Origin: Octopus vulgaris
Lineage: Eukaryota
Length of the DNA stretch: 64,000 nt
Direction: 5' to 3'
Assembly (NCBI GenBank): GCA_951406725.2
Contig: OX597831.1
Coordinates: 63,240,001-63,304,000, forward strand
Shown here: one piece after another, positions 27,372 to 39,999 of the stretch
Layout: each line of letters begins with the position of its first letter
Position numbering within the stretch: position 1 is the first letter of the stretch
Notes under the pieces: generated by a model
What the model saw: only the letters and a program-made list of their open reading frames with translations
The model's database searches: none
What the model was told of the DNA's origin: nothing
Program-made: the position numbers and the translations under genes

Positions 27372-27604
27372 TTTTACTTGTTGCAGCCATTCGACTACGA
27401 CCATGCTGGGGCACCGCGTTGAAGGGTTTTAGTCGAACAAATTGAGCCCAGAACTTACTGTTTTAAGCTTAGTATTTATTGTGTCAGTCTCTGTTGCTGA
27501 ACCATTAGTTTTGGGGACGTAAACACACCAAAACCGATTGTCAAACGTTAGTGGGGGCAAAAAAACACAGACACAAAGAGACACGCACACAAATACATAC
27601 ATAT

Positions 27605-27670
<66 letters not shown>

Positions 27671-27996
27671 GTAGGAGTGGCTGTGTGGTAAGAAGTTTCC
27701 TTACCAAACACATGGTTCCTGGTTCAGTCCCACTGTGTGGAACCTTGGGCAAGTGTCTTCTACTATAGCATCAGGCCGACCAAAGCCTTGTGAGTGGATT
27801 TGGTAGACGGAAACTGAAAGAAGCCCGTCGTATATATGTATATATATATGTATATATATATATATATATATATAAATATATATATATATTTATATATATA
27901 TATATGAGACGGGTTTCTTTTAGTTTCTGTCTAGCAAATCCACTCACGAGGCCCTGGACTATTATAGAAGACATTTACTACACAGCCACTCCTGCA
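27372..27996 (-). mobile_element. SINE family 1 (-) with a + strand family 1 head (27669-27835) nested in its microsatellite
   Basis: Antisense tail at 27372-27600 and antisense head at 27906-27996 flank a sense head. Confidence 0.8.
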
Positions 27997-28274
27997 GTCA
28001 ATGTTAGTCAATATTATTTGAAATCTCGCTGTCACTAATCCCATTTTATTCAATTTTTCATTGCTCAATAAGAAAACAAAATTTACTCTGGTAAGGTAAC
28101 GAATACGGTTCAAAATCATTGGTGCTTGCAAGTAATGAGAAATAGCTTTTCCAAATATATTTGTTGCTACTTTTGCTGCTGCCGCTGTTGTTTAGCCTTC
28201 GATTGGGCCTGGTGTAAAAAAAATCAACGGTTAAAATAAAATGAGATGTTCTGCTCATTACGTCTATAATCAAT

Positions 28275-28670
28275 GAGTGGCTGTGTGGTAAGTAGCTTGT
28301 TTACCAACCACATGGTTCCGGGTTCAGTCCCACTGCGTGGCACCTTGGGCAAGTGTCTTCTACTATAGCCTCGGGCCGACCAAAGCCTTGTGAGTGGATT
28401 TGGTAGACGGAAACTGAAAGAAGCCCGTCGTATATATGTATATATATGCGTGTGTGTGTTTGTATGTCTGTGTTTGTCCCCCTAGCATTGGTTGACAACC
28501 GATGCTGGCGTGTTTATGTCCCCGTTACTTAGCGGTTCGGCAAAAGAGACCGATAGAATAAGTACTGGGCTTACAAAAGAATAAGTCCCGGTGTTGAGTT
28601 GCTCGATTAAAGGTGGTGCTCCAGCATGGCCGCAGTCAAATGACTGAAACAAGTAAAAGAGTAAAAGAGT
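28275..28670 (+). mobile_element. SINE family 1, near full length
   Basis: A box tggctgtgtggt, B box gggttcagtcc, CORE-like gcaccttgggcaagt, tail cagtcaaatgactgaaacaagtaaaaga. Confidence 0.92.
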
Positions 28671-28927
28671 AAAGAGAGAGCTTTTTACTTGAGTAGAATT
28701 TATGGTAAATTTTGATCCTTTCACCCACACGATTTTCACTAAGAAAAAAAATCACTCGGATTTTTTGCGTGGAATCAAATACCCTGACCTCCTAATATGC
28801 TGCAAAGTGCTTATTTTTGCTCGGAAAAGGTGGGGACTGTACCCCCTATCTATAGAGGAATCATTGGAAATCTTTTTTCGTTGACTGAATTCCGGTGACC
28901 TGCTAATATGCTACAGCCCCCTTTGAA

Positions 28928-29120
28928 TTTCTGCTCGGGAGAACGGCGGCTGAAACAGTTGTCATGTCTCAGACAGCTTAAAGGAACGCTGCCATGAGAA
29001 AGAAACAAGTTTACAAGTGGTTTTCACGCGTTGAGAATGGTCACCTGTCGCTTGAAGACCAATTTCGTTCACGGTGAGCGTCGACCTCCCGAACAAATGA
29101 AAACATCACGAAAATTCATG
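28928..29120 (+). mobile_element. Mariner transposase N-terminal fragment
   Basis: FLLGRTAAETVVMSQTA*RNAAMRKKQVYKWFSRVENGHLSLED; same family as 32685-32996. Confidence 0.8.
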
Positions 29121-29917
29121 TTCATGTGTTTACATCCTCGATAAAATAAGTACCGGGCTTTAAAAAAAAATAAGTACTGGGTTCGATTCATTCGACTAAA
29201 GATGTCTCAAGGCGGCGCCCCAGTATGGCGCAGTCTAATGACTGAAACAAACAAAAGAATAAAAGAATAGAGAAAACATAACATGCAATAAGATAGGGGG
29301 AGGCAAACTTGGTAAGAATTTTGCTTCGCAACCTCATGGTCCCAGATTCAGTCCCATGCGTGACACTTTGGGCAAATTTCTTCTATTATTCTACTATAGC
29401 CTAGGCTATAGTAGAATAGAGTTGTTATTTTGTTGCTTTTTGTTTTTTTAGAAATGTTGTCAATTCCTGACAAAAGTGTCACAACTTCCAGCAAAAGGAT
29501 GTATGACTTGAACTCAGAATAGTCAGGTCCCACAAAGCGCACCTTGCGATGATCTAACATTTCTGTTGATTCACTACAACACCTTGGACTAGTACCTTGT
29601 TCATCGGACTCGAAGGGTTAAAATGTGAAGTTGACTTAAGTTGGACTGAGATCAGAGCATAAGGAGTTTGGATAAATATTGTAAAGTATTCTGCTCGACG
29701 TTTAACGAACTGCTAGATACCCCTAAAATGATGGTGTGTTCAAAAGCTGAGATACCTTTAATCGTATGTTTACTTTTTATAGTTGACCTGGCACCAAATA
29801 ACAGTCACCATTGCGTGACGGATGGGAAGACTGTCAAGAAGTCATTCCTTCATTCGTCCTCTGTTGCTCAAGCAGGATTCATTCCACAAGAAGATGATAT
29901 ACTCTACAGACATTTAA

Positions 29918-30317
29918 GGCGGTGAGCTGGCAGAAACGTTAGCACGCCGGGCGAAATGCGTAGCCGTATTTCATCTGCCGTTACGTTCTGAGTTCAAATT
30001 CCGCCGGGGTCGACTTTGCCTTTCATCCTTTCGGGGTCGATAAATTAAGTACCAGTTACGTGCTGGGGTCGATATAATCGACTTAATACTTATGTCTGTC
30101 CTTGTTTGTCCCCTCTTTATTTAGCCCCTTGTGGGTAATAAAGAAATAGATATTCCGTCTGTCGTTACGTTCCGATTTCAAATTTGCCTTTCATATTTTC
30201 GGGGTCGATTAAATAAAGTACCAGTTACGCACTGGGGTCGATATAATCGACTTAATCCGTTTGTCTGTCCTTGTTTGTCCTCTCTCTGTTTAGCCCCTTG
30301 TGGGTAATAAAGAAATA
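29918..30317 (+). mobile_element. SINE family 2 dimer with 20-bp TSD
   Basis: TSD gatatact(c/t)tacagacattt at 29896-29915 and 30318-30337. Confidence 0.92.
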
Positions 30318-30357
30318 GATATACTTTACAGACATTTGAATATTTTTAGTTTCCGCT

Positions 30358-30396
<39 letters not shown>

Positions 30397-30925
30397 TTAT
30401 TTGTTTGCAAAACTCTATTAGTTCATAAAATACCTTAAAACATGTTTACATGCGTTCATCATGAAGTGTCAAACTTATGGAGGCAAGGAAAACAAGGTTT
30501 TTTGACATTGATTTATTTCTAGAGAATGTTTTTATGAGTGGCAGCTGAAATGGAATTTGTGGTTAAGTTCACAGAGAAAACTTACACTTCTCATGAACAG
30601 GCAGTATTTTTGTAGCAAACGAAGGGACCGCCCGTGTCATCATTTACCTGTTTGGAGTAGTATCTAACTCTTCTTCAAATCACACACTCTACTGACTCTT
30701 GTTTGCTTGCTTTGTTTAGATTAGGTAGATATATAGTATAATGAAATTCTCGAGAACACCAACAACACAGCAGTTTAAAACCTACTAACAATACAATATG
30801 GTTATTTGTATACAAGTACTACAACAGGAACGTTGAACATGATGTATGACTGGACAATTAATTTTTCAACAGATTTTTTAGAATTCCTTAATACAGGATT
30901 AGTCTCACATACATTAAAAATATCG

Positions 30926-31394
30926 GGATCTTTTCGGTTTGAACGGCAGTTTTTTCTAGCAGTGTCATATGAAATTGTCACCCATAATTATGACCCTAGT
31001 ATCGATCTATTGCATTTCAATCTGTTTTAGGGTTAGGGTTAATTAGGGTTAGTTAGGGTTAGGGTTAGGGGTGGGGGAAGGGTATCTTTTTTTCTTCACA
31101 AATGTAAATAAACCCAATCTGTTTCTTAAACGAGGGACATATTCATACGGCACAGAATGTTTTTTACCTCAATAGACGTCATGATTGGTTGAAATTGCAG
31201 AAATTGAAGAAAAAGAAACAACAAATATCTTACAAACTATAGAATTTTCTCAGTTAAGCCAAGAGAAAAAGATGTTTTATAAACACATTCTACCAGTATA
31301 CGAAGTTTAACACCTTCTACCAGTATAAGAAGTTTAAAATTTTTTAGTTACCTAGAAATTATGTTAAAAACTGCCGTTCAAACCGAAAACATCC
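30926..31394. mobile_element. MITE with ~29-bp TIRs, 8-bp TSD and internal (TTAGGG)n; possibly Merlin-type
   Basis: ggatcttttcggtttgaacggcagttttt / aaaaactgccgttcaaaccgaaaacatcc; TSD aaatatcg at 30918-30925 and 31395-31402. Confidence 0.88.
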
Positions 31395-31989
31395 AAATAT
31401 CGTTATATTTATATTATACACGACTACATTACACTACAATTACAGTATGATTTTTTAAAATTTTTAGTTCGGAAGGATGATCTAATAAATAATTTATAAC
31501 ACAATTATATCGGTCGGTCATCTGATTATAGAAGGTAAGCAGTAAGATTACAAGGGAAAAGGGTCAAATGAAGGGAAAATATATACAAGTAGAATTTATA
31601 ATGAATGATGAAGGACGAAACAGAAAGACATGAAGGAAAGAAACAAAGTAAAGAAAAAAAAGAAAAGGAAAGAAAAGGAAAAGAAACAAAACATCAAAGG
31701 AAAGAAAATAAAGAAAAGATAAGAGAAAGTAAAGATAAGACGGAACAAGAAAGAAAGGAAACGAAAAAGAAGCAAAAATGAAGGAAGACACTGAAAGGCG
31801 AGATGAAATGAAAATAAGCCGGCAGAGTAGTTTTTCATTAGATTGTAACAAAACCCCTTTTTTCCTTTGAATTGTGCAGATGTGTACCGTTGTAATTGTC
31901 TCGCTATTCGAGATGACTGCGAAGAACAATGAACAAGTGAATTTAAAACAAGATCGTAGTAGTGGTGGTGGTGGTGGTACCTTTGTTGC

Positions 31990-32402
31990 GGCGTGCTGGC
32001 AGAAACGTTAGCACGCCGAGCGAAATGCCGTAGCCGTATTTCGTCTATCGTTACGTTGTGAGTTCAAATTCCGCCGAGGTCAACTTTGCCTTTCATCCTT
32101 CCGGGGTCGATAAATTAAGTACCAGTTACACACTGGGGTCGATATCATCGACTTAATCCGTTTGTCTGTCCGTGTTTGTCCGCTCTGTGTTTAGCCCCTT
32201 GTGGGTAGTAAAGAAATAGGTATTTCGTCTGCCGTTACGCTCTGAGTTCAAATTCCGCCGAGGTCGACTTTGCCTTTCACCCTTTCGGGGTCGATGAATT
32301 AAGTACCAGTTACGCACTGGGGTCGATGTAATCGACTTAATACCTATGTCTGTCCTTGTTTGTCCCGTCTATGTTTAGCCCCTTGTGGGTAATAAAAAAA
32401 TA
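31990..32402 (+). mobile_element. SINE family 2 dimer
   Basis: Imperfect TSD ggtac(ct/tg)ttgttgc at 31976-31989 and 32403-32416. Confidence 0.92.
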
Positions 32403-32684
32403 GGTACTGTTGTTGCTGGGGATGCTGGTAATGTTGATGGTGATGGTGGTGGTTTTTTGGTTGGGAAGTTTTCCTCTTTTAATGAGTGCATGGTTCAGAT
32501 AAAGACCGCAACTTCTAAATTTCTACAAAAAATCATTACTTTTTTCTTTTCATGATTCTAGAAAACGCTGTCGAGTTGTAAATATTTTGAGCTATAAACA
32601 ATAATAGCGAGTTCGTTGTAATATTCAGATTGAACAAGTAGGAGTTGACAGGCACCGAGTGGATGTTAAACTTTTGGAGGTTTA

Positions 32685-32996
32685 CGAGGAGATACCCAAA
32701 AGTAACCGGAAACGCTCTCTGTGGGGACAAGCTCGTTGTGGCTTCCATCGCTAAAAGCCACTTGATGTAACACTCAGGCATCAGTCTACCAACCGGTGGC
32801 GTCACGTGCAGACCTACAGTCACGTGGTGCTTCTTTGTTTTGTAGTGCTTTTCCCCCTGTTCGTCGATTTTTGCAATGGCTGAAACGAAGGAAGAGCGTA
32901 CTTCCGTGAAATTCTGTTTTCTGCTCGGGTAAACGGCGGCGGAAACAGTTGTCATGCCTCAGACAGCTTATAGGAACGCTGCCATGAGAAAAGAAA
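32685..32996 (+). mobile_element. Mariner left end and transposase start
   Basis: ta|cgaggagatacccaaaagtaaccgga TIR; MAETKEERTSVKFCFLLG*TAAETVVM from ~32876. Confidence 0.8.
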
Positions 32997-33998
32997 CTAT
33001 TACCATTAAGGCGGTGAAGTGACAGAGTCGTTATGGCGCCGTGTAAAATACTTAGCGGCATTTCGTCCTTTTTTACGTTCTCAATTCAGATTCCTCCGAC
33101 GTCAACTTTGCCTCTTATCCTTTTGGCGATTAAGTACCAGTTGAGCACTGAGGTCGATGTCATTGGCTACTCCGTCCCCACAAAATTTCAGGCCCTGTGC
33201 CAATGGTAGAAAGGGTTATTATCATTAATTTATGAAGATAGGCGTAACTCTTCAAGGAAGGTAAATAAACAACAAGAAGAGTACGATGTGATCTGTAATA
33301 AATAACGATTACCACTGTTTGTTGAATAGAACGAGTTGAACAATATTTCGACAGATTTCTCATCAAGAGTAGAGTCCACAGTGATCCGTATGTAGGAGAG
33401 GTGCAGCCGGAGGGCAAATATCCAAACGAGAATCCGTAAAGGCTAGATAGAGTCCAGTGGAGAAGTTCGTGTGTGGTAAGAAATGACAGGATCAACATGT
33501 GCGACCACGTGAGCGTGTGATATATAGGGAGAGTTTACGAATTCTATTCCTAAGTGTTATACTAATACATCTGTTTGTTTTGTACACCACCTGTCTCCGT
33601 CTTTTGTTGTTTTTTTTTTGTAAACTCTCCCTATTTCGACAGATTGTCTGTCTTCCTCGGGTTCAAAGTGTAAAATGAAAAGAACGTAGAAATAAAGAAA
33701 TTCAAAATATGTACAGGAATAACCTTCGTTCATTTTTGATAAAATGATGTATGTCATCGGTTTTCGCTTTTCACAAACGGTAACAAAGAAAAAGAAGAAA
33801 AAAACGAAAGAAAGTGAAAAGAAAACAGGCAAGGGTACACGTAGCCAAACAGTTTTGTGTAAATGTGGTGAAGGTCGTCATCTTATTCATTCCTCCAGGG
33901 TGTATTGTTACACAATTCACAATATAATTGTCCTCGTGAATTTTGAAGAGTGGAAGTATAGTAGAGACAGAATATTTTCTGAGAATGTGCGCTTTTAG

Positions 33999-34038
33999 GT
34001 GTTCCCCAAGATTACAGGAGATTGACGTAACATGTTCG
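33999..34038 (+). CDS. Candidate 40-nt internal exon, (x)CSPRLQEIDVTCS
   Basis: gcttttag| ... |gtaagt splice signals and one open frame; peptide loosely LRR-like; no other support. Confidence 0.3.
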
Positions 34039-34957
34039 GTAAGTTCCATTGAACTACTGCTATTGTGAGAGATGCCATACCTATGTCCATTGTATCTTTT
34101 ATTTAATTGTTCTGTTGTTCAACCAACATAAATCACAGCACCAAACACAACTTGATTTGTGTTGGTTGCACAACAGAACAATTAGAAACCAATGATAGTT
34201 TCATTTATAGTAGTAATAGTAAATTGTTGAAACCATACTATTTTGACTCAAAATTAAGTATTTCTTCATAAGTACACAGCTAGAGAGAGGAGCGGAGCGA
34301 GAGATGACTATCATTTTATGGGAGAAGGCACTTGCCCTCAATAGTAGAGTTGACCTCGGATCTGCAGAGTACATTGTCGGTTGTCACTCAATGACAATAC
34401 TATTGTCCTATATAATCTTCCGACCGAAACAAAAAGGTGATGTGATATTGGATTTCAAGTGAACACGTGCGTTATTTCTGTTACATTTTGCCAATTCGCT
34501 TTCTTTTTCTTTTCTTTCTTTTTGTGATAGGTAAGTGAACTGGAGACACCGATCTTTAAGAAATGTACCTTGTCAGTGTACTAAAAATCTCAGAAGATTG
34601 AGCAAAGTCTTAAGACAGTAGATGAGATATGTCTGCTACAGTGCAAATGCGCGCAAGACATAACTTATCACATGTTGTAACCTGAGATATATAAAAAAAA
34701 CATGTTTATTACGAGTAATCATTAGTAGCAGCGACAAATTATGAGTATAATCGGATTTTGGTCTCCTCTTCGAGAGACATATTCTTCCACTATACAACAA
34801 CAATGTTCGATATTCAGAATAAATGTTCTTTGTCTTCAAGTTTTTAGTCTGAATGTGATGTCCTATTTCACTTCTGTTCATTCTGAACCAAAACCCGAGC
34901 TGTCCAAACTGGATTCTGAACACAACAAGCCAAAACTGAAATCAGCCATGTCGGAAT

Positions 34958-34990
<33 letters not shown>

Positions 34991-35092
34991 GGAGTAATCA
35001 CATAAATGTGAAACAAGGTGGAAAAAAGAGTACTCAAATACCAGAAGTAGAGTAATGTGCTTTATTTAAAAGCAGCAGAAATATTACAAAAG

Positions 35093-35130
35093 CTGTTACT
35101 CGAAGTTTCACGTTGCCGTTCGTCGGACAG
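35093..35130 (-). ncRNA. Minimal HHR, U4C core variant
   Basis: ctgt CCGACGA acg-gcaa-cgt GAAA cttcga GTA acag. Confidence 0.7.
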
Positions 35131-35174
35131 TTTTTGTTAAAATGTTTTTTTAAGAAAAGGTGTTTTAACAAAAA

Positions 35175-35212
35175 CTGTCCGACGAACGGGAACGTGAAAC
35201 TCCGAGTAACAG
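35175..35212 (+). ncRNA. Minimal HHR, U4C core variant
   Basis: ctgt CCGACGA acg-ggaa-cgt GAAA ctccga GTA acag. Confidence 0.7.
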
Positions 35213-35715
35213 CTTCTGTTATATTTCTGCTACTTTTAAATAAAGTATATATATATATATATATATACTATGCTAACTATAGTAGAAGAGCTAAGTTTGT
35301 AGGTTTGCACCTCGGAACCTACGCTTATCAGTTGTGTGGTTAATTTGCTCGAGATTTTGTTCACTACAGTCTTCCAAATGTTATAGAAATTGGGATGACG
35401 TAAAAAGGGGTAACTAACTCCACTCAAAATAAAATTGAGAGCGTGAGAGAAAAAGAGAATGAGAGACATTGAAAAGTAAAGAATGTGAAACATCGTAAAA
35501 ACATTGATTTGTAAATAGTGAATGCCTAAAACGCTTTAATCGTGTATAGTAGCCTAGAGGTCATGCCATATTCTATACATGATTTGACGAAACTTAAGTG
35601 CCTGCTTTCTTTAAAAAAATTCCTTTGGAGAAAACTTATTCATTTAATTCATTTACTGATTACGCTCTTTCATAATTATGGCTAATTATGTGAAGGTAAT
35701 CACTTTTACTATACA

Positions 35716-35946
35716 TATTTCTTTACTACCCACAAGGGGCTAAACACAGAGGGGACAAACAAGGACAGACAAACGGATTAAGTCGATTATATCGACTCCA
35801 GTGCGTAACTGGTACTTATTTAATCGACCCCGAAAGGATGAAAGGCAAAGTCGACCTCAGCGGAATTTGAACTCTGAACATAACGGCAGACGAAATACCG
35901 CTAAGCATTTCGCCCTGCGTGCTAACGTTTTTGCCAGCTTGCCGCC
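35716..35946 (-). mobile_element. SINE family 2 monomer
   Basis: Matches the family consensus. Confidence 0.92.
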
Positions 35947-36527
35947 TTTAATATACCATCTACATGAACACCTTTTACTATACCATCTACATGAACACCT
36001 GGGTAGCACATATATCCTCGTCATTCGCCTGCCATGCAATCCCACATCCCAAATACAGCCAGATGTTGTTGTTTTTTTATCCCCTACCATTGGGTCAGAT
36101 TGGTTTCACTATCAACCGAATTCATTGCGAGGATCGCATTCAAAGGGAATGGAGGTAGAGGCGGTGTTCTATTCAGTTCTTAGTATAAGAAAGATAATGT
36201 AGCAGACGAAGCTGAATGGGATTCTAGTGCAACATGAAGTAGGTAAGGGGAAGAGAGTTGCATTACTTCCAATAAATTTTATGAAGTGTGAGCTAGATCA
36301 ACGAAGTTACAATGGCAGGATGTCGAGCTTTCAGCTTTTTTTATGGAATGAACAGCATATATTTTGATCACTGTGTCTTTGGATGTTTTGGGTTTATCCT
36401 ATTCGCAGTTTTTGAGTATTTCATACATTTGGTGGACGGCATATGACAGTTGTTATTTTTTATTTTACATGTGTGTAAATATGCTTATTTGTGTATAAAC
36501 ATATTTGTGCGTACAAATACGTAATAT

Positions 36528-36692
36528 GAGTGGCTGTGTGGTAAGTAGTTTGCTTACCAACCACATGGTTCCGGGTTCAGTCTCACTGCGTGGTACATTG
36601 GGAAAGTGTCTTCTACTATAGCCTCGGGCCGACCAAAGCCTTGTGAGTGGATATCAGTCATTTGGTAGACGGAGAGTGAAAGAAGCCTGCCG

Positions 36693-36728
<36 letters not shown>

Positions 36729-36945
36729 TGTGTATATGTTTGTATGTCCGTGTTTGCTTCCCGACATCGCTTGACAAACGATGCTGGTGTGTTTAGGTCC
36801 CCGTAACTTAGCAGTTCGGCAAAAGAGACCGATAGTATAAGTACTAGGCTTACAAAGAATAAGCCCTAGAGTCGATTTGCTCGACTGATGGCGGTCCTCC
36901 AGCATGGCCACAGTCAAATGACTAAAACAAGTAAAAGAGTAAAAG
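36528..36945 (+). mobile_element. SINE family 1, near full length
   Basis: Matches 28275-28670. Confidence 0.92.
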
Positions 36946-37193
36946 ATAGTATGTAAAAAAAAAATAATATGAATTCGATTAAAATAACGAAATGCAGTAG
37001 AACAGATAGATATTCTTTTCAATTACTGTGTGATGGGAGTATATAGTTCCCAGTAATGGATAAAGTCATTTAGATGTAGTGAGCTTGATCAACCACTAGA
37101 AAATAATGTAACAGAAATGGCTGTGCAGTCAAGAATCTCGCTTTTCAGGCACGTGGTACCCACAGCGCAGTACCTTGGGCAAGAGTCTTCTAT

Positions 37194-37224
<31 letters not shown>

Positions 37225-37275
37225 ATGTGTGTGTGTGCGTGTGTGTGCATGTGTGTATATATATACAAATGTATA

Positions 37276-37311
<36 letters not shown>

Positions 37312-37403
37312 TATTTATATTTATATATGTATATGTGTATTTATATATAAGTATATGCATTTATATCTATATATATGTATTTATATATATGTGTGTGTAT
37401 ATT

Positions 37404-37446
<43 letters not shown>

Positions 37447-37777
37447 GTGTGTGTGTTTAAACATAGATATGTATTTATACATACATATGTATTTATATAT
37501 ATGTATTTATAAATACATACATTTATATATATATATGTATTTATATAGACACACATATATATATGTGTGTATTTATATATACGTATGTATTTATATGTAT
37601 ATATGTATATGTGTATTTATATATAAGTATATGTATTTATATCTATATATATGTATTTATATATACACACATATATATATATGTGTGTAGTTATATATAC
37701 GTATGTATTTATATGTATATATGTATTTATTTATATATATATATGTATGTATATATTTATATTTATATATATATATG

Positions 37778-37852
<75 letters not shown>

Positions 37853-38657
37853 AGAGAGCGGGGGGAGAGAGAGTACAGATAGACTGATATATAGATTTAT
37901 CCGTAGACATACATAATATATAATACAAATTTTGTTCTCATTAATAACTTGTTCAAATGAGACACAAATTTAGACACTGCCACCTGCTCTACTGCTTAGC
38001 GCCTACTTGACATATGGAGAGGAGAAGTCGATGCTATACCATACTACCACTCGCTAAATCTACTTTTGTGATAGATTTGTTTATTTCTCCTATAAGCCAG
38101 TTTCAAGTCTTTCATAAGAGAATAGAGAGTTGGCTCGCATGGAGTCTGCTACAGGCACCCATCGTGCTCGGTTTGGATGTTAAGGGACAATATAATGTTT
38201 AACTTTAAGTAGGATAGATAAAAGCAACCAATAATCTGCAGAAATAGTGCGGCCGTTTGCCGGAAAGCGTAGACTTAGTTTAACCATCTAAAATAAATTT
38301 TACGACTCGTAAGTTTTGAGTTACATGTTCAAATCCGGACAGTGTTTACCTCATAAATTGAATGACTCGTGATATCTAGAATCAATGAAACCATAAGGAG
38401 CAATTTATTGATGTTAAGCATTTCGGCTGCTGACAATCTTGTAGGATTTAACTTGATAACATGGACTAACGGATCAATGGTTTAGTAAAGCAATCAGAAG
38501 CAACGAGAATTAAGATAATCATATTTCTAAATTACTCATTATGAATTTGGTTTGTAGATGATTGTGTGTAGTGTACCTTTGTAATAAGTATGCGTGTGCT
38601 GCCTGTATTCATGTGTGTATATATCTACATCTGTATGTGTATATGCACGAGTGTTTG

Positions 38658-38689
<32 letters not shown>

Positions 38690-39017
38690 TGTATGTATGT
38701 ATGTATGTATGTATGTATGTATGTATGTATGTTTGTATGTTTGTATATATGTATGTATGTATGTATGCATGTATGTATATATATGTATATATATATGTAC
38801 GTATGTATGTATATATGTATGTATGTGAGTGCCTCTTAACGCATAACTATGCTTATATCTCTCTGCATGTATGAGTGTGGTTTTTCTGTATATTCTTCTG
38901 TATGTGTCTATAAGTACAGGTTTATGTATAAGTAGATATGAGCTTACGTTTGCATAAATTTATGTGTATATCATTGTGTGTTTGAGAGAGAAAGAGACAA
39001 GGAGTGTGTGTGCGTGC

Positions 39018-39094
<77 letters not shown>

Positions 39095-39517
39095 TGGATT
39101 CATGTGTTCATTAAAACGTGTGTTTCAAAGATAACAGTTGTTGTTCACTTCATCAAGAATGCATCAAGATTGTATTCAGTAATTATCGAAGTTTTTTTTT
39201 TATTTTTATTTCCTTTCAGATTAAATTAATAAAACAATAAATTCTCCATAACCGAGATGCATTCATCAAAGAATAAGGATTGAATGAACTGATATAGTCA
39301 TAATAATCATCACTTCTATTATAAACACAAGGCTTCAGATCTGGGGATTGAAGTTATTCGATTAAATCAACCTCTGCACGTAGCACACACTTTATTTTAT
39401 CGAACCCGGAAGGACGAAAGGCAAAGTTGGCTTCAGTCAGATTTGAAATCAAAATGCAAAAAACAGAAATTAATATCGCAAAGCTTTTGATCCGACACTG
39501 TAACGGTACTGGCAAGA

Positions 39518-39923
<406 letters not shown>

Positions 39924-39999
39924 ATTTTTCTTTCTTTATCAGCAACAAAGACTGCGAAAAATATTTACACCACTACAAGGAGAAAGGACATTGGAGTTT

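Larger units (their letters stand above)
34989..35245. mobile_element. Fold-back element in (TA)n with two divergent HHRs
   Basis: Inverted arms 35060-35142 and 35163-35245. Confidence 0.85.

Noticed and set aside
31027-31070. Telomere or chromosome fusion scar
   Set aside because: Short tract enclosed within a TIR element with a TSD.
39195-39260. Strong splice acceptor tttcctttcag
   Set aside because: All three following frames stop within ~20 nt and no donor is evident.
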